In this document: in pieces, positions 62,282-64,000 of the stretch
How the letters are laid out: the number at the start of each line of letters is the position of its first letter
How positions within the stretch are numbered: position 1 is the first letter of the stretch
Assembly (NCBI GenBank): GCA_965206645.1
Contig: CBDBKE010000004.1
Coordinates: 160,001 to 224,000 of the forward strand
Direction of reading: 5' to 3'
DNA: 64,000 nucleotides
Source of the DNA: Terriglobia bacterium
GTDB lineage: Bacteria; Acidobacteriota; Terriglobia; JAJPHL01; JAPKYU01
The notes under the pieces: model-generated
The model's input: the letters and a program-made list of their open reading frames with translations, nothing else
Database searches by the model: none
What the model was told of the DNA's origin: nothing
Translations under genes and position numbers: made by a program

Positions 62282-62742
62282 CGAGTGGGCTGTGCCCGGA
62301 GGCGCGCGAGCGGGAAGTTATCTCTGGACACCGTGCGCAGAAAGCGGGGCGGGTGAAACACCAGCCAAAGCCCGAGCAGCGCGGCGGCCAGATTCATCGC
62401 CACGTCGTACACCGCCGGATGGCGAAACACAGAAAATAACTGGATCGTCTCGGAGGCCAGCGCGACACTGGCGCAACAGAAAACAGCGAGGCGGCGAGCG
62501 TCTCGGGCCACTTTTCTGAATGGAATCGTACTCAGCCCCAGCAAGAAAAAGGCCACGACATGATTGCTCTTGCGAAAAACGGTGTGCCCGAAGAGGGTGA
62601 GGTCGTCCTCGACGTCGACCGGCTTCCCCAAAAGTGATTCCACCATGGCCACATAAGCGCTGTCTCCAGTGACGAAGTCGGTCGAGTACACCAGGATGAC
62701 GACGCTCAGCACTGCAAAAGCGGCCCAGCTTCCCGCGTGCAT
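62278..62742 (-). CDS. VanZ-family membrane protein
   Basis: RKSNH...F..LG, SETIQLF...R....DVAMN; hydrophobic helices. Confidence 0.8.
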   Translation of the reverse strand: MHAGSWAAFAVLSVVILVYSTDFVTGDSAYVAMVESLLGKPVDVEDDLTLFGHTVFRKSNHVVAFFLLGLSTIPFRKVARDARRLAVFCCASVALASETIQLFSVFRHPAVYDVAMNLAAALLGLWLVFHPPRFLRTVSRDNFPLARLRAQPTR

Positions 62743-62884
62743 AACAGCCTTGAGTTAGGCACTTCGCTAGCCAATTGCCGCCGCCGTGACATGCTTGCAA
62801 CTCTTTGAAAATTCGTGCAAGACCAGGGCGTTGTTAGACAGGATCATTCCTAAATGGGAAATTAGTTGTATTTTGGAACGCTAC
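62707..62884 (-). repeat. ~178-bp leader plus 5' vanZ repeat, copy 1
   Basis: Homologous to 63824-64000 with identical blocks of 35, 19 and 30 bp. Confidence 0.9.
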
Positions 62885-62938
62885 GCCCCCGCGCTGGCTA
62901 CAAATGGGGGGTGCGAATAGGGCCTGTTGGGCGGGAAG

Positions 62939-62973
62939 CTCGGAGGCCAGCGCGACACTGGCGCAGCAGAAAA
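62939..62973 (-). pseudogene. Remnant of a second vanZ copy
   Basis: 34/35 identical to vanZ internal segment 62449-62483. Confidence 0.75.
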
Positions 62974-63225
62974 AAGGAGAGTCTTCCAACAAAATTGAAA
63001 CGAGGCTTGAACCTCAATGAGGCACTATCGCCATCAAGTGGAACGGCTGGAGGAGGAGGATGGCAGCGTACTACGAGACAGCTAGGTATTTAGCTCGCAG
63101 CAGCAAACCGAGCGCAGGGCTCGGCAGTTGATGGAGGAGGGCAGCTAGGCATGGGTCATCGCCCTGCCCGCCAATGGTTGCGATGGGCGGTAACTCTATC
63201 TATCGTGGCACATGGCAACGCCTTT

Positions 63226-63807
63226 TTAGGGGTCAAGCTTAATGCCGGTGCTAGGGACGGTGCCGTACAGCCAGCGTTTCATATGTTGGAGGTAGCGCCA
63301 GTGTGGGTCCAGTTTGCCGCCATGACCGACAAACTTCGGGTCCAACGCGAAGCGACTGGGCGCGATGAGCCACCACAGCAGATGGTCAGTCTCGTGCTCC
63401 CACAGTTGCCATTCGTCGGCGTGCTCGGCCGCAATCGAGATCTCCGGCATGTCTCCGGTGGGATCAAACACCGCGTATTCTTTCTTGCCGTTAGGGAGGA
63501 GCCTCGGGTACTCGCCGGGTACAAGCCGAAGTCGCAGCCGCTCGGGGGGCTCGATGTGCGTGTAGGTGTACTTTGGCCCGAGCGACTGAAACGCACTGGA
63601 GTAAACGAAGCGCCGCGCCCGCGACTGGTCATACGCCTTCCAGAAACGCTGGTAGGTGGCGCAGCGGTCGGCGGCGAAGATTTGCCAGCCTGTGGGTATC
63701 GAGTCGCACGCGGGCACCGCTGCGCTGGCCCTCACAACCCACAACAGCACCAGCAAGAAGAGTGCAAGGCGGCTAATCAATGAGGGTCTTTTGGTCCACG
63801 CGCCCAT
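63226..63807 (-). CDS. Secreted hypothetical protein with HExxH motif
   Basis: Signal peptide (ASA-A); WEHETDH; aromatic-rich normal composition. Confidence 0.65.
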   Translation of the reverse strand: MGAWTKRPSLISRLALFLLVLLWVVRASAAVPACDSIPTGWQIFAADRCATYQRFWKAYDQSRARRFVYSSAFQSLGPKYTYTHIEPPERLRLRLVPGEYPRLLPNGKKEYAVFDPTGDMPEISIAAEHADEWQLWEHETDHLLWWLIAPSRFALDPKFVGHGGKLDPHWRYLQHMKRWLYGTVPSTGIKLDP

Positions 63808-63823
63808 TGATGATACCCGGCAG

Positions 63824-64000
63824 CAGCACCGCAAAGGCAGCCCAGCTTCCCCGCGCAAGACAGCCTTGAGTTAGGCACTTCGCTAGCCAATTGCTCTCGC
63901 TCTGGCGCGCTTGCAACTCTTTGAAAACTGGTTCGAGACCAAGCCGTGGTCAGACAGAGTCATTCCTAAATGGGAAATTAGTTGTATTTCGGAACGCTAC
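63824..64000 (-). repeat. ~177-bp leader plus 5' vanZ repeat, copy 2 (runs to the window edge)
   Basis: Homologous to 62707-62884. Confidence 0.9.

Noticed and set aside
62739-62839. attC-like look of the repeat on the minus strand (GTCTAAC...CTAACTCAAGGCTGTTATGC)
   Set aside because: Copy 2 loses both core sites (GTCTGAC, GTCTTGC), the interior is not a clean central hairpin, and no integron integrase is in the window
63151-63783. 210-aa plus-strand ORF
   Set aside because: Overlaps the minus-strand ORF, which has a signal peptide, an HExxH motif and the conserved leader upstream

Overview
GC-rich bacterial chromosome segment. The gene repertoire (Oar-like TonB receptor, CRTAC1/ASPIC-UnbV proteins, DUF1501 and planctomycete-cytochrome proteins) suggests Acidobacteriota, which is an inference. 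About 50 protein genes are supported; I found no rRNA, tRNA or CRISPR array. Main blocks from left to right: a sat-cysC (PAPS synthesis) pair divergent from two AlkP-superfamily genes; a GT2-GT4-pilD-histidine kinase-sigma54 regulator operon; a B12 acyl-CoA mutase operon with a thiolase-like protein lacking the nucleophilic Cys, a DUF35 partner and a thioesterase; a TonB/DUF5107/TPR-CRTAC1/DUF1501/PSD1 envelope module; an IS1380 element; rmuC, PilZ proteins, degP, truA, pyrE, TolC, ino1 and vanZ. The most informative non-coding signals are: (i) an IS1380 unit bounded by a 5-bp GTAAT duplication that encloses a captured pdxT fragment; (ii) two CTAG-bounded MITE-like elements carrying REP hairpins; (iii) three local duplications of intergenic DNA, two of which bracket an apparently newly acquired gene; (iv) two clear and one possible single-base frameshifts that may be assembly errors. 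All family assignments come from motif recognition, not database searches.
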